Source: Anaerolineae bacterium | GTDB lineage: Bacteria > Chloroflexota > Anaerolineae > B4-G1 > SLSP01 | Assembly (NCBI GenBank): GCA_025454475.1 | Contig: JALOOJ010000002.1 | Location: 1-60,444, forward strand | Direction of reading: 5' to 3' | DNA: 60,444 nt | Shown: positions 17,806-26,887 of the stretch, one piece after another | Layout: each line of letters starts with the position of its first letter | Numbering within the stretch: the stretch's first letter is position 1 | Program-made: the position numbers and the translations under genes | The notes under the pieces: generated by a model | The model's database searches: none | What the model was told of the DNA's origin: nothing | Seen by the model: only the letters and a program-made list of their open reading frames with translations

Positions 17806-18273
17806 TCAGGGGGCCTTTTCAGCAGTCTCCGAGGCCTGCTCGTCGGACTTTGGTTCTGCCGGGGATGCCAAGTCCACCAGGGTGTGCCACTCCGTCTCAT
17901 CCTGCCAGCGCAGCGCCTGCCGCTGCAACTCCTCCAGCATGTACTGCTTCGTCGACGCGTTGTCTGAGAGTCCGTAGCCCCCCGTATAGCGGATGAGGTC
18001 CTGGATGTTGGCGATACAGCGCTTACGCGCTATGCCCGAGAGTGCAGCGATCTGGCGTTCTGTGGCGCCCGCAGCCTTCAGTTTGGCGGCCCTGGCACGA
18101 TAGGGGCGCAGCCAAGCCTCAGGCACGGCCTCCTCGTTGACGATCTGGTCAATCGCCTCCAGTCGCCCGGTGATATGACGCTGCACGTAATGTGAGATCC
18201 ACTGCCCAGCCGCGTACGTTAACAACGTAAAGACCAACACAAACAGCAAGAACTGTACGGCGAGCGCCCCCAT
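17806..18273 (-). CDS. Hypothetical protein with one N-terminal TM helix
   Basis: Hydrophobic N-terminus (VQFLLFVLVFTLLTYAAG) followed by a helical soluble domain. GAGGG RBS-like sequence. Confidence 0.65.
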   Translation of the reverse strand: MGALAVQFLLFVLVFTLLTYAAGQWISHYVQRHITGRLEAIDQIVNEEAVPEAWLRPYRARAAKLKAAGATERQIAALSGIARKRCIANIQDLIRYTGGYGLSDNASTKQYMLEELQRQALRWQDETEWHTLVDLASPAEPKSDEQASETAEKAP

Positions 18274-18550
18274 AGTCACTACCCTCACGTTCTAGGAAAT
18301 CAAACGACATCCATCCTCGTCGAGCCGACCTCGACGCCATCAGCCTACCAGAGACATCACCACGGGCAACAGCACAACTCGCCCACTCTCGCGCATCCCA
18401 AAGGGCATCATACACCGAAAGCATGGCTTTCCCAACCGCGACATCTCATATAACCGCTACGTGCGGTCCCGAGTTGGCAGGCATCACACGTGCGATAGAA
18501 TGAGGGTCACTGCCAGTTCAGCTCGGAGCCCTACAGGAAGGATCGATGTG

Positions 18551-19450
18551 ATGGGAATAGAAGACACTGCCTTTGCTGTGCGCGGTATCATCCCGGCAAT
18601 GGTGACACCGTTCAAGCCCGATGAGAGCCTGGACCTCGACGCACTGCGCCGGCTCACGCGGCATCTCATCGAAGGTGGCGTGCACGGACTCTTCCCCACC
18701 GGAAGCCAGGGCGAGTTCTACGCGCTCACACCCGACGAGCGGCAGCGCATCTGGGAAGTCGTCGTCGAGGAGACCGATGGGCGCGTCCCGGTCTATGCCG
18801 GCACAGGCGCCATCACCACAACCGAGGTCATCGCGCTGAACCGGCTCGCAGAGCGGGCCGGGGCCAGCGCCCTGTCGGTTATCACACCCTACTTCATCAG
18901 TCCCACACAGGAAGAGCTCTACGGCCACTATATGGCCATCGCCGACGCGACCGCGCTCCCCGTGATCCTCTACAGCAATCCAGGGCGCACCGGTGGCCTG
19001 AATCTCTCCGCCGCCCTGGTATCGCGGCTGGCGCAGCACCCGAACATCGTCGGCATCAAAGACTCCAGCGGCGATCTATCTCTCACAATGGCCTATCTCG
19101 CCGCGACCGATGACGCCTTTACCGTACTGCTGGGACGGGACACCCTGATCCTTGCCGGGCTCATCCACGGCGCCAAGGGATCGATTACGGCCACAGCTAA
19201 CGCGGCGCCGAAGCTTGTGGTCGCCATTTACGAAGCATTCCTCCAGGGGAATCTTCAGGACGCGCTCGAAGCTCAGCGAAGGCTCGCCCCGCTCCGCGAT
19301 GCCTTCAGCCTGGGCACGTTCCCGGTCGTGGTGAAGGAGGCGCTCGACCTCATTGGTATCCCGGTCGGCCCCACCCGCGGGCCTGTGGGACCACTCGCCC
19401 AGGATCAGCGGGAGAAGCTGCGTCAGGTGCTCGAAGCGCTAGTCATGTAA
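18551..19450 (+). CDS. DapA/NanA-family class I aldolase (DHDPS-like)
   Basis: GIIPAMVTPF, GSQGE, ITPYF, LYSNPGRTG and the Schiff-base Lys in GIKDSSG. TTGGCA-16-TAGAAT promoter at 18474-18501. Confidence 0.88.
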   Translation: MGIEDTAFAVRGIIPAMVTPFKPDESLDLDALRRLTRHLIEGGVHGLFPTGSQGEFYALTPDERQRIWEVVVEETDGRVPVYAGTGAITTTEVIALNRLAERAGASALSVITPYFISPTQEELYGHYMAIADATALPVILYSNPGRTGGLNLSAALVSRLAQHPNIVGIKDSSGDLSLTMAYLAATDDAFTVLLGRDTLILAGLIHGAKGSITATANAAPKLVVAIYEAFLQGNLQDALEAQRRLAPLRDAFSLGTFPVVVKEALDLIGIPVGPTRGPVGPLAQDQREKLRQVLEALVM

Positions 19451-19455
19451 CGCAC

Positions 19456-21339
19456 CTATCCGGCCAGCGCCTCGACGACCCAGCCAAGCCCCAGCTCGTG
19501 GAGCTTGGCTGCCGTGGGATGACCTTGAGCATCCCAACCCACCATCTGGTAGTACAGTGCCTTGGCGGCCTCAAACTCCCCTTGTGTCACCACCAGGCCA
19601 TCGCTGGGCCCGCCCTTCAGCGGCACAGTGAGCTTGGGCGGTAGTGTGTCCGCCTCAGCGCCCACGCCCTCGCGCGAGTTAAACGCGCGCAGCAAGTTCA
19701 ACCGCCGCTCCCCGACCTTCATCATCTCCCACAGGCTTACGTTCCAGCCGGTGATGGCCCGCAGCGCGTCCACCCACTGATCAAGACCATAGAGTTGCCA
19801 GGCGGGGCCGTACACAAACTTGCAGACACAGACTGCATCGACGCAACTGATGATCTGCTGCGAGTAGACGGCGAAACGAACCATCTCCGGGTTCAACACG
19901 GTCGAGGGCTGGGGATCCAGTAATCCTAGCTCCGCCATTCCACCAGGGAACCGCATATACGAGGTGTCGTGCTCGCAGACCGTGTGATCTGCGCCGCCCG
20001 GGTTGACAGCATAGAGCAGCGCCATCGTCCGCTTGACCTGAGGCATATGGGCAGGCATCTCGCGGCCCTTGACCGCGACGACCAGATCCTGCCCGATTCC
20101 TAGAGCCTCGGCGGCAGCGGCAGAGCCCTCGCCCAGGAGTCTCCCAAAACCCTCCCGTTCCCCGATCATCTCCACCACCTTGACCATTGCGTCGGCGTCG
20201 CCAAAGCGCAGCGCAATTCCACCAGTGTCAGCCTCAGTGATCAGCCCACGCTCGAAGCAGTCCATCGCCCAAGCGATCGTTGCGCCACACGCGATCGTAT
20301 CCATCCCGTACATGTTGCATAGCTGATTAGCGCGTGCGACAGCACGAAGGTCCGAGACATCACAGTAGGAGCCCAGCGTCCCGATGGATTCGTACTCCGG
20401 GCCGCCATATCGCGGGTCCACCTTGAAAGGTCCATCGGTCAACTCCACCACGCGTTTACAGCGCACGACACAGCCGTAACACGTGTCATCGGACTTGAGG
20501 ATCGTCTCGCGCATGCGTTCGCCGCTAAGCGCCTCAGCACCGTCGAAGGAGCCGCTCGTCCAGTTATGCGTGGGCAGGCCGCCGGCTAACGACTGCGAAA
20601 GCACCAGCGCGGCGGTGCCCAGGCGCTTGAAGCCTGCAACGCCAGACTGATCCACGTGTTCAGCACCCCACCGTGCCAGCGCCCGCAACGTGTCGACGTC
20701 CGCGATCTCGGGTCGGTTGTGTCCACGGACAACCACGGCCTTCAGATTCTTGGACGCCATCACCGTGCCCATACCGCCCCGACCATTCACGCGGTTAGCA
20801 TTGTTCACCAGCGCACCGTAACGCACACCACGCTCCGCTGCCGGACCGCACTGGAGAACGTGGATCCGGCGGTCGCCCAGTTCATCCTGAAGCGCGTCCT
20901 CCACGTCCGCCGTGAACCGTCCCATCAGCAGACCGGCGTCGCGCAGCTCTGCTGCGCCATCGTGAACCCATAGGTAGACCGGCGACGCTGCTCTGCCGCG
21001 TATCACAACGCCGTCGAATCCTGCAAACTTGAGCTCGGCCGGCCAGAATCCGCCCGCCGTGGACTCGTCGGCAAGGCCGCTGACCGGCGACTTAGCCACG
21101 GCTGCGACCCGCGACTGGCCCGAGATCGGGGTTCCGGCCATCGGCCCCACCATCAGGCTCAGCGTGTTCTCGGGCCCCAGTGGGTCCGCCCCACTGGGAG
21201 TGTTGCGCAGCAGATAGTACGCACCCATCGCACTCCCGCCCATATACTGCCGATAGAAGGCCTCGCTCGGGTCCTCGACCGTCAGCTGTCGCGTCGTTAG
21301 GTCAACGTGCAGGATCTTGCCCTGATAACCCAATCCCAT
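19456..21339 (-). CDS. Aldehyde:ferredoxin oxidoreductase family (tungstopterin)
   Basis: GKILHVDLT, KSPVSG, GRGGMGTVMASKNLKA, CYGCVVRC, PEYES and GMDTI motifs. Confidence 0.93.
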   Translation of the reverse strand: MGLGYQGKILHVDLTTRQLTVEDPSEAFYRQYMGGSAMGAYYLLRNTPSGADPLGPENTLSLMVGPMAGTPISGQSRVAAVAKSPVSGLADESTAGGFWPAELKFAGFDGVVIRGRAASPVYLWVHDGAAELRDAGLLMGRFTADVEDALQDELGDRRIHVLQCGPAAERGVRYGALVNNANRVNGRGGMGTVMASKNLKAVVVRGHNRPEIADVDTLRALARWGAEHVDQSGVAGFKRLGTAALVLSQSLAGGLPTHNWTSGSFDGAEALSGERMRETILKSDDTCYGCVVRCKRVVELTDGPFKVDPRYGGPEYESIGTLGSYCDVSDLRAVARANQLCNMYGMDTIACGATIAWAMDCFERGLITEADTGGIALRFGDADAMVKVVEMIGEREGFGRLLGEGSAAAAEALGIGQDLVVAVKGREMPAHMPQVKRTMALLYAVNPGGADHTVCEHDTSYMRFPGGMAELGLLDPQPSTVLNPEMVRFAVYSQQIISCVDAVCVCKFVYGPAWQLYGLDQWVDALRAITGWNVSLWEMMKVGERRLNLLRAFNSREGVGAEADTLPPKLTVPLKGGPSDGLVVTQGEFEAAKALYYQMVGWDAQGHPTAAKLHELGLGWVVEALAG

Positions 21340-21692
21340 ACCCTAGCCTCCTCGTGCAGCATAAAGCGCCCAACTGCGGATGGCCCTACTATACTCGATT
21401 CAGGCATCGGGCCCAATCTGACGACCAATGACCCTTCCTGGAAGCGTGTGGAGTTTGCGTTCGCGTTGACGGTCATGTGGCTTCCTAGAAGAAATGCGCG
21501 ATCGTTGCCCCGCGGCGGGCCTGCACTATACTTAGTATGAGCTCGGACGATGGAACCGATAGATGCGCTCCCATGCAACCATCGGCAGTCAGCACGACCA
21601 ATCGCCCGTAACCCACACGAAGCCGCAGATCCGCGGCCTTTGACTGCGAAGCCACCCGTCCTGCGGGACGGGCATGAAACAGGAGGCGAAAC

Positions 21693-22898
21693 ATGCGCAG
21701 TGGTCTGGTACTGGGGAAGCTCTTCGGGATCGAGATTCGCATTGACGGAAGCTGGCTGGTGATCTTCCTGCTCCTGAGCTGGAACTGGGCCACGGTGCTG
21801 AGCAGTGCCCACGGTGACTGGAACGTAGTCTTGCGGTGGTCAGTGGCTGTCGCAGCCGCTCTTCTGTTCTTCGCCTCCGTCCTGGCCCACGAGCTGGCGC
21901 ATTCCCTCGTCGCCCGGTCTCGCGGCATCCCTGTGAGCAACATCCGCCTGCACCTATTTGGGGGCGTGTCCAACCTCCAACGCGAGCCGGATTCCGCGGG
22001 AAGCGAGTTCGTGATGGCGATCCTGGGCCCCGTCACCAGCCTCGTCATCGGAGGAATACTCCTCCTGGTCACGAGCCTGATTAGCGGCCCCCAGAGGATC
22101 GCTATTGGTTCCCTTTCTCAGACGATGACCGGCCTCGGCCCCGTAATGACCATCCTGACGTGGCTGGGTTCGGTAAACGTCGCGTTGGGTCTCTTCAACA
22201 TGCTCCCCGGCTTTCCGCTGGATGGCGGACGTGTCCTGCGTGCCGGACTGTGGGCGCTCACCAAGAACCTGCGATTGGCCACACGGTGGGCCTCGTGGGT
22301 CGGGCGCGGCCTGTCTTGGGTTCTGATCGTGGGAGGCGTCGCCAGCGCCTTCGGCCTACCGATCCCATTGCTCGGACAAGGGCTAGTCAATGGTCTTTGG
22401 CTCGCCTTCATCGGCTGGTTCCTGCAGAATGCCGCGGTCCAGAGCTATCAGCAAATGGTCATCCGAGAGGCCCTGGAGGATGTCCCGGTGTCCAGCGTAA
22501 TGCGTCGGAACCCACCGACCGTCGCTCCTAATCGCACGGTAACCGAGTTCGTCCACAACCACATTATGCAATCCGACGACCACGGGTTCCCGGTCGTCGA
22601 TGCCGGCCACCTCGTCGGCATTGCCACCCTCGAGGACGTTCGGCGCATCACGCGCGACCTCTGGGAGATCACCCTCGTCAGCGAGATCATGACTCCGTTT
22701 GAGCGGCTGACGACGCTGAGCCCCGACGCCAATGCTAGTGCCGCGCTCGACTCGCTCGCCGGACTGGACGTGCACCAGCTGCCAGTCGTCACCGGCGACC
22801 GTCTGGAGGGCGTAGTACGCCGCGGGGATATCGTGCGGTGGCTGCAACTCCAGTCGGACATCGGCGACCGGGGCCGCGACGCGATCATCGCACGCTGA
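21693..22898 (+). CDS. Site-2 protease (M50) with a C-terminal CBS pair
   Basis: HELAH, LFGGVS and FNMLPGFPLDGGR motifs, then two CBS domains. AGGAGG RBS. Confidence 0.93.
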   Translation: MRSGLVLGKLFGIEIRIDGSWLVIFLLLSWNWATVLSSAHGDWNVVLRWSVAVAAALLFFASVLAHELAHSLVARSRGIPVSNIRLHLFGGVSNLQREPDSAGSEFVMAILGPVTSLVIGGILLLVTSLISGPQRIAIGSLSQTMTGLGPVMTILTWLGSVNVALGLFNMLPGFPLDGGRVLRAGLWALTKNLRLATRWASWVGRGLSWVLIVGGVASAFGLPIPLLGQGLVNGLWLAFIGWFLQNAAVQSYQQMVIREALEDVPVSSVMRRNPPTVAPNRTVTEFVHNHIMQSDDHGFPVVDAGHLVGIATLEDVRRITRDLWEITLVSEIMTPFERLTTLSPDANASAALDSLAGLDVHQLPVVTGDRLEGVVRRGDIVRWLQLQSDIGDRGRDAIIAR

Positions 22899-22939
22899 CA
22901 AGTGGAGCTGCCCCTGGACAGCGCAGAAAGGTGGGCGAG

Positions 22940-23968
22940 ATGAAAGAAGCGCTGATGTATGAGCCCCTTGCAGATGGGTACGTGCGCTGTATCCTGTGCG
23001 CGCACCGTTGCACGATTTCACCGGATGGTCGCGGCATCTGCCAGGTCCGTGAGAATCGCGACGGCATCCTCACCACGTTGGTCTATGGCGAACTCATCGC
23101 ACGCCACGTCGACCCGATCGAGAAGAAGCCACTCTTCCACTACTACCCCGGATCGCGCGCCTATTCGATCGCCACCGCCGGCTGCAACTTCCGCTGTGAT
23201 TGGTGCCAGAACTTCGACATCTCGCAGATGCCCCGCGATCAGCGGGTGATCCTGGGCGACAGTACGGCGCCAGAGGACGTGGTCGCTGCGGCTCGCGCGC
23301 ATCGCTGTTGCAGCATCGCATACACGTACACTGAACCCACAATCTTCTTCGAGACAACACTCGACATCGCGAGACTGGCTCACGCCGCGGGTATCGGCAA
23401 CGTCTATGTCACCAACGGTTATATGACCTCCGATGCTCTGGAGATGATCCGGCCGTATCTCGATGCGGCCAACGTGGATCTCAAGGCGTTCAGCGATGCC
23501 ACATACCGACGCCACATCGGCGCACGCCTCCAGCCCGTGCTCGACAGCCTCAAGCTAATGAAGCGATTGGGCATCTGGGTTGAGGTCACCACCCTGGTCA
23601 TCCCCGACCTCAATGATGACCCTGATGAGCTGAGAGAGGCGGCGCAGTTCATCGCGCAGGAGCTCGGGCCTGAGACCCCCTGGCATCTCAGTCGCTTCCA
23701 CCCGGCGTACAAGCTGAACACCGTGCCTCCGACGCCGGAATCCACCGTGGCGCGGGCGTCTGAGATCGCCAAGGAAGCTGGACTACGCTACGTCTACGCA
23801 GGGAATTCCCGACAGAATGCGGACACGACCTGCCACGCCTGTGGCGCGCTCCTGATCCAGCGATCAGGTTACGCGATTCTGCGGAATCGCGTCACTGCGG
23901 AGGGCGCCTGCCCCAACTGCAGCATGGCCGTCGCTGGCCTAGGTATGAACGGCGAATCCTCCGGCTGA
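22940..23968 (+). CDS. amrS: AmmeMemoRadiSam-system radical SAM enzyme (PFL-activase-like)
   Basis: N-terminal CILCAHRC...GICQVR, DPIEKKPLFH, GCNFRCDWCQN, AYTYTEPT and C-terminal CxxC pairs. Confidence 0.9.
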   Translation: MKEALMYEPLADGYVRCILCAHRCTISPDGRGICQVRENRDGILTTLVYGELIARHVDPIEKKPLFHYYPGSRAYSIATAGCNFRCDWCQNFDISQMPRDQRVILGDSTAPEDVVAAARAHRCCSIAYTYTEPTIFFETTLDIARLAHAAGIGNVYVTNGYMTSDALEMIRPYLDAANVDLKAFSDATYRRHIGARLQPVLDSLKLMKRLGIWVEVTTLVIPDLNDDPDELREAAQFIAQELGPETPWHLSRFHPAYKLNTVPPTPESTVARASEIAKEAGLRYVYAGNSRQNADTTCHACGALLIQRSGYAILRNRVTAEGACPNCSMAVAGLGMNGESSG

Positions 23969-24013
23969 GCCCGCAGGTCGCCAGTGGCTCACGCACTGCA
24001 AAGCAGAGGACAT

Positions 24014-24976
24014 ATGGACACCAAGGACTGGCGGGCACGGAAGGTAACCATCGTAGGTGCAGGCAATGTCGGTGCGACGTTTGCCTATGCGCTGGCCCAA
24101 AGCGGCGTAGCGGATGAACTCGCCCTGGTCGATCGGAATCAGGACCTGGTTGCGGGTCAGGTCCTCGACCTGAGCCACGGGCGCTTCTTCTTCCCCACGG
24201 TCGACATCCACGCCGGCGACAAGCACGATTATGCCGACGCCCACGTGATCGTCGTCACTGCTGGCACCGGTCAGAAACCTGGCGAGTCCCGATTGGCGCT
24301 CTTGCAGCGGAACGTCCTGATCATCGATAGCATTGTCGACGAGATCGTGGCCCAGCAATCCAGGGCGGTGATCCTGATCGTCTCCAATCCTGTGGACATC
24401 CTGACTTACGTCGCACACCGGCGCTCCGGCTGGGCGCGGGGTCGCGTGATCGGCTCCGGTACCGTTCTTGACAGCGCCCGGTTCCGCTACCAGTTAAGCG
24501 AGCACTGCAACGTCGACGTGCACAACGTTCACGCCTACATCCTCGGGGAACACGGCGACAGCGAATTCGCCGCCTGGTCAATGACCCACTTGGGTGGCGT
24601 GAGCATCGACCGCTTCTGCGCCCTCTGCCAGCGGTGCACCGACTGGACAGCCGAGCGCGCCAAGATCGAGCAGGGCGTGCGCGACTCAGCCTATCACATC
24701 ATCGACTACAAAGGCGCCACGTATTACGCCGTGGGGCTGGCGCTGACGCGCATCGTCGCGTCGATCCTCCGTAACGAACACAGCGTGCTGAGCGTGTCGA
24801 CCCCGCTGGAGGGCGAATACGGCCTCAGTGGCGTCAGCCTGAGTGTGCCCTGCATCGTTTCCCAGGAGGGCATCGATCGCATCATGCTCGCGGCGCTTAC
24901 GCCAGACGAACAGGCAGCACTGGAGAGATCGGCCGGCATTCTGCGGGACACCCTCGCGCAACTGCAGGCACGGTGA
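24014..24976 (+). CDS. ldh: L-lactate dehydrogenase
   Basis: GAGNVG, TAGTGQKPGESR (Gln at the LDH specificity position), VSNPVD, GTVLDSAR, GEHGDS and KGATYY. Confidence 0.92.
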   Translation: MDTKDWRARKVTIVGAGNVGATFAYALAQSGVADELALVDRNQDLVAGQVLDLSHGRFFFPTVDIHAGDKHDYADAHVIVVTAGTGQKPGESRLALLQRNVLIIDSIVDEIVAQQSRAVILIVSNPVDILTYVAHRRSGWARGRVIGSGTVLDSARFRYQLSEHCNVDVHNVHAYILGEHGDSEFAAWSMTHLGGVSIDRFCALCQRCTDWTAERAKIEQGVRDSAYHIIDYKGATYYAVGLALTRIVASILRNEHSVLSVSTPLEGEYGLSGVSLSVPCIVSQEGIDRIMLAALTPDEQAALERSAGILRDTLAQLQAR

Positions 24977-25090
24977 CTCCGTAGTAGAAGTGCCTCACAG
25001 ACCATCTATGGTGATGGTACCGAGAGGATCGCAAAGCTGGCGGGAACGCAGCGTCGGTGGCATCGCGTCATTCGCACACGGAGGTTCGAC

Positions 25091-25999
25091 ATGAAACTGG
25101 ACTATGGGCAGTTGCTCAGGCGAGCGTGGGACATCATCTGGGCGCACAAGTTCCTGATCTTGCTCGGCGTGCTCGTCGCGCTCACCAACGGGGGAAACGC
25201 GTCTGGGACCGGTTACCGGTTCAACGGAAGGGACTTTGACTTCGACCAGACGATGCCGCGAGAGTTCGAGGGTATCCCCGAGATGCCGGATCTGCAAGGA
25301 ATTCCACGCGACTGGGGTATCCCGATAGCAGTTGGTGGCGCGCTTCTAGTGGTCATCATTGTGCTTGCCATCCTTCTCGGCCTCGTCCTCTGGGTGGTCG
25401 CCACCCTGGCGCGGGGCGGGCTGATCTCTGGCGTCGACACGATCGCCGCAGGCGGCTCCTCAAGCTTCTCGCAGGCGTTTTCCGCGGGCCTACAGAAGGG
25501 CTGGCGGCTCCTGGGTATCGGCATCCTGCCAGGAATCCCTGGCCTCATCATACTCCTTGCCGGCCTTGGTGTTGTCGGTTTTTCCCTCGGACTGACCCAG
25601 TTCCTCGACGTAGGCTGGCGTTCCCTCGGGACAGGCGCTTTGGTGCTCATCGGTGGCCTGGTATGCATCGTAGCGCCTATTGCGCTCCTGCTGGGGCTGT
25701 TGCGCACCTTTGCCGAACGCGCCTGTATGCTGGAGGATCTGGGGGTCTTCGCTTCCTACAAGCGGGGATGGCAAGTTCTGAGCAGCAACATAGGGCCAGT
25801 CGTCATCCTGTTCCTGATCCAGATCGGGATCACCATCGCCTTAGGGCTGCTGGGCGCGCTGCCGGGTGTGCTGATGGCGCTCTGTTGCATCCTCTGGCCT
25901 GTGCTGCTGGTAATTCAGGGAGCAATCTCAGCGTACTTCTCGACGCTTTGGACACTTGCGTGGTCCGAGTGGACCACACCAGCTGAGGGCACCGCATAG
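25091..25999 (+). CDS. Conserved membrane protein of unknown function
   Basis: Several TM segments, MKLDYGQLLRRAWDIIWAHKFL N-terminus, GGAGGT RBS. Confidence 0.75.
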   Translation: MKLDYGQLLRRAWDIIWAHKFLILLGVLVALTNGGNASGTGYRFNGRDFDFDQTMPREFEGIPEMPDLQGIPRDWGIPIAVGGALLVVIIVLAILLGLVLWVVATLARGGLISGVDTIAAGGSSSFSQAFSAGLQKGWRLLGIGILPGIPGLIILLAGLGVVGFSLGLTQFLDVGWRSLGTGALVLIGGLVCIVAPIALLLGLLRTFAERACMLEDLGVFASYKRGWQVLSSNIGPVVILFLIQIGITIALGLLGALPGVLMALCCILWPVLLVIQGAISAYFSTLWTLAWSEWTTPAEGTA

Positions 26000-26038
26000 T
26001 GAATCACCTGGGCAAGGGCCGACCCTGGTGATCCGCAG

Positions 26039-26887
26039 CTATCGCACAAGCAGGACCGGCAGATCGGTCTCTTCGATAAGAGTCAGAATCGCTTCGCCGT
26101 CGGATGTAAGGAGTCTTGCCGGAAGCACTAGAGTTCCCGGACCAGTGGTACGCACTGCTCGCATCAGATCGGGTACTGAAGTCAGCACTTGGTACTGCCG
26201 GATCACATCATAGGGATGAAGCTGCGCCGCGGCGCGCTCCTTCATCCCCTCGACTTGATCAACCTGATGCGCGAGCAAGAGCACGCGCAACGGCTGAGCG
26301 AGCCGCTCTACCAGAGCTGCGGCGATGCCTAGCGCGTGCTCGCTCAGAACAGAGCCATCATACACGGCGTGTATCGGCGGAGAGATCCGCTCCCCCTCGC
26401 GTAGAACCATGGTCACGCCCGGCGCGCTGTCACTGCACGCCGCGCGTGCCGTGGAGCCGAGCTGCCGGCGGCGAATCTGCGACCATCCCGCCCGTCCCAC
26501 GATCAGCACATCGGCCTCCTGAGCAGCGCTGTGGATCTCCGACCCGACATTCCCCCGCGCCACGCGAAAAGTGCCCTGCACCGTTCCACGATCAGCCAGC
26601 AGCCGAAAGGACTCCTCGATTCGGCGTGAGCGGGCCCGCAGCTTACGCTCCATCCGAGTGCGCTCCATCGCGCGTCGCAACGCCGAGTACTGACCCACTT
26701 CGTGGGTGAAGGGCAGTTCGGCAGCCCGCAGAACATTCGCGTCTTCGACAAAAAGCGCAAGCAGCTCCGCCTGGAAACGCGACGCCATATCGACAGCCGC
26801 CTCAAGCGCCGCGTGGCTATGTGGCGAAGCATCCACCGCCACAACAATCCGCCGAATCGTCAGAAGCGGTACCTTGGGCTCACTCAC
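26039..26887 (-). CDS. Universal stress protein (tandem Usp domains)
   Basis: RRIVVAVDASPHS, ADVLIVGR..LGST and a second AVYDGS domain. GTG 26887 overlaps the stop of the Lon-like gene. Confidence 0.85.
   Translation of the reverse strand: MSEPKVPLLTIRRIVVAVDASPHSHAALEAAVDMASRFQAELLALFVEDANVLRAAELPFTHEVGQYSALRRAMERTRMERKLRARSRRIEESFRLLADRGTVQGTFRVARGNVGSEIHSAAQEADVLIVGRAGWSQIRRRQLGSTARAACSDSAPGVTMVLREGERISPPIHAVYDGSVLSEHALGIAAALVERLAQPLRVLLLAHQVDQVEGMKERAAAQLHPYDVIRQYQVLTSVPDLMRAVRTTGPGTLVLPARLLTSDGEAILTLIEETDLPVLLVR

Noticed and set aside
21340-21692. Possible Moco/Wco riboswitch or sRNA upstream of AOR (includes a CCCGTCC/GGACGGG hairpin at ~21655-21672)
   Set aside because: I could not match the conserved riboswitch elements by eye. 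An Rfam/Infernal scan would be needed.
22940-23968. Assigning the radical SAM enzyme as the GRE's activase
   Set aside because: It carries AmrS-specific features (N-terminal Zn ribbon, DPIEKKPL) and lies in a different transcription unit. Kept only as a weak hypothesis.
24977-25090. Possible c-di-GMP riboswitch or ECF promoter (GCAAAG; GGAAC...CGTC)
   Set aside because: The required stems are missing and the promoter spacing does not fit convincingly.
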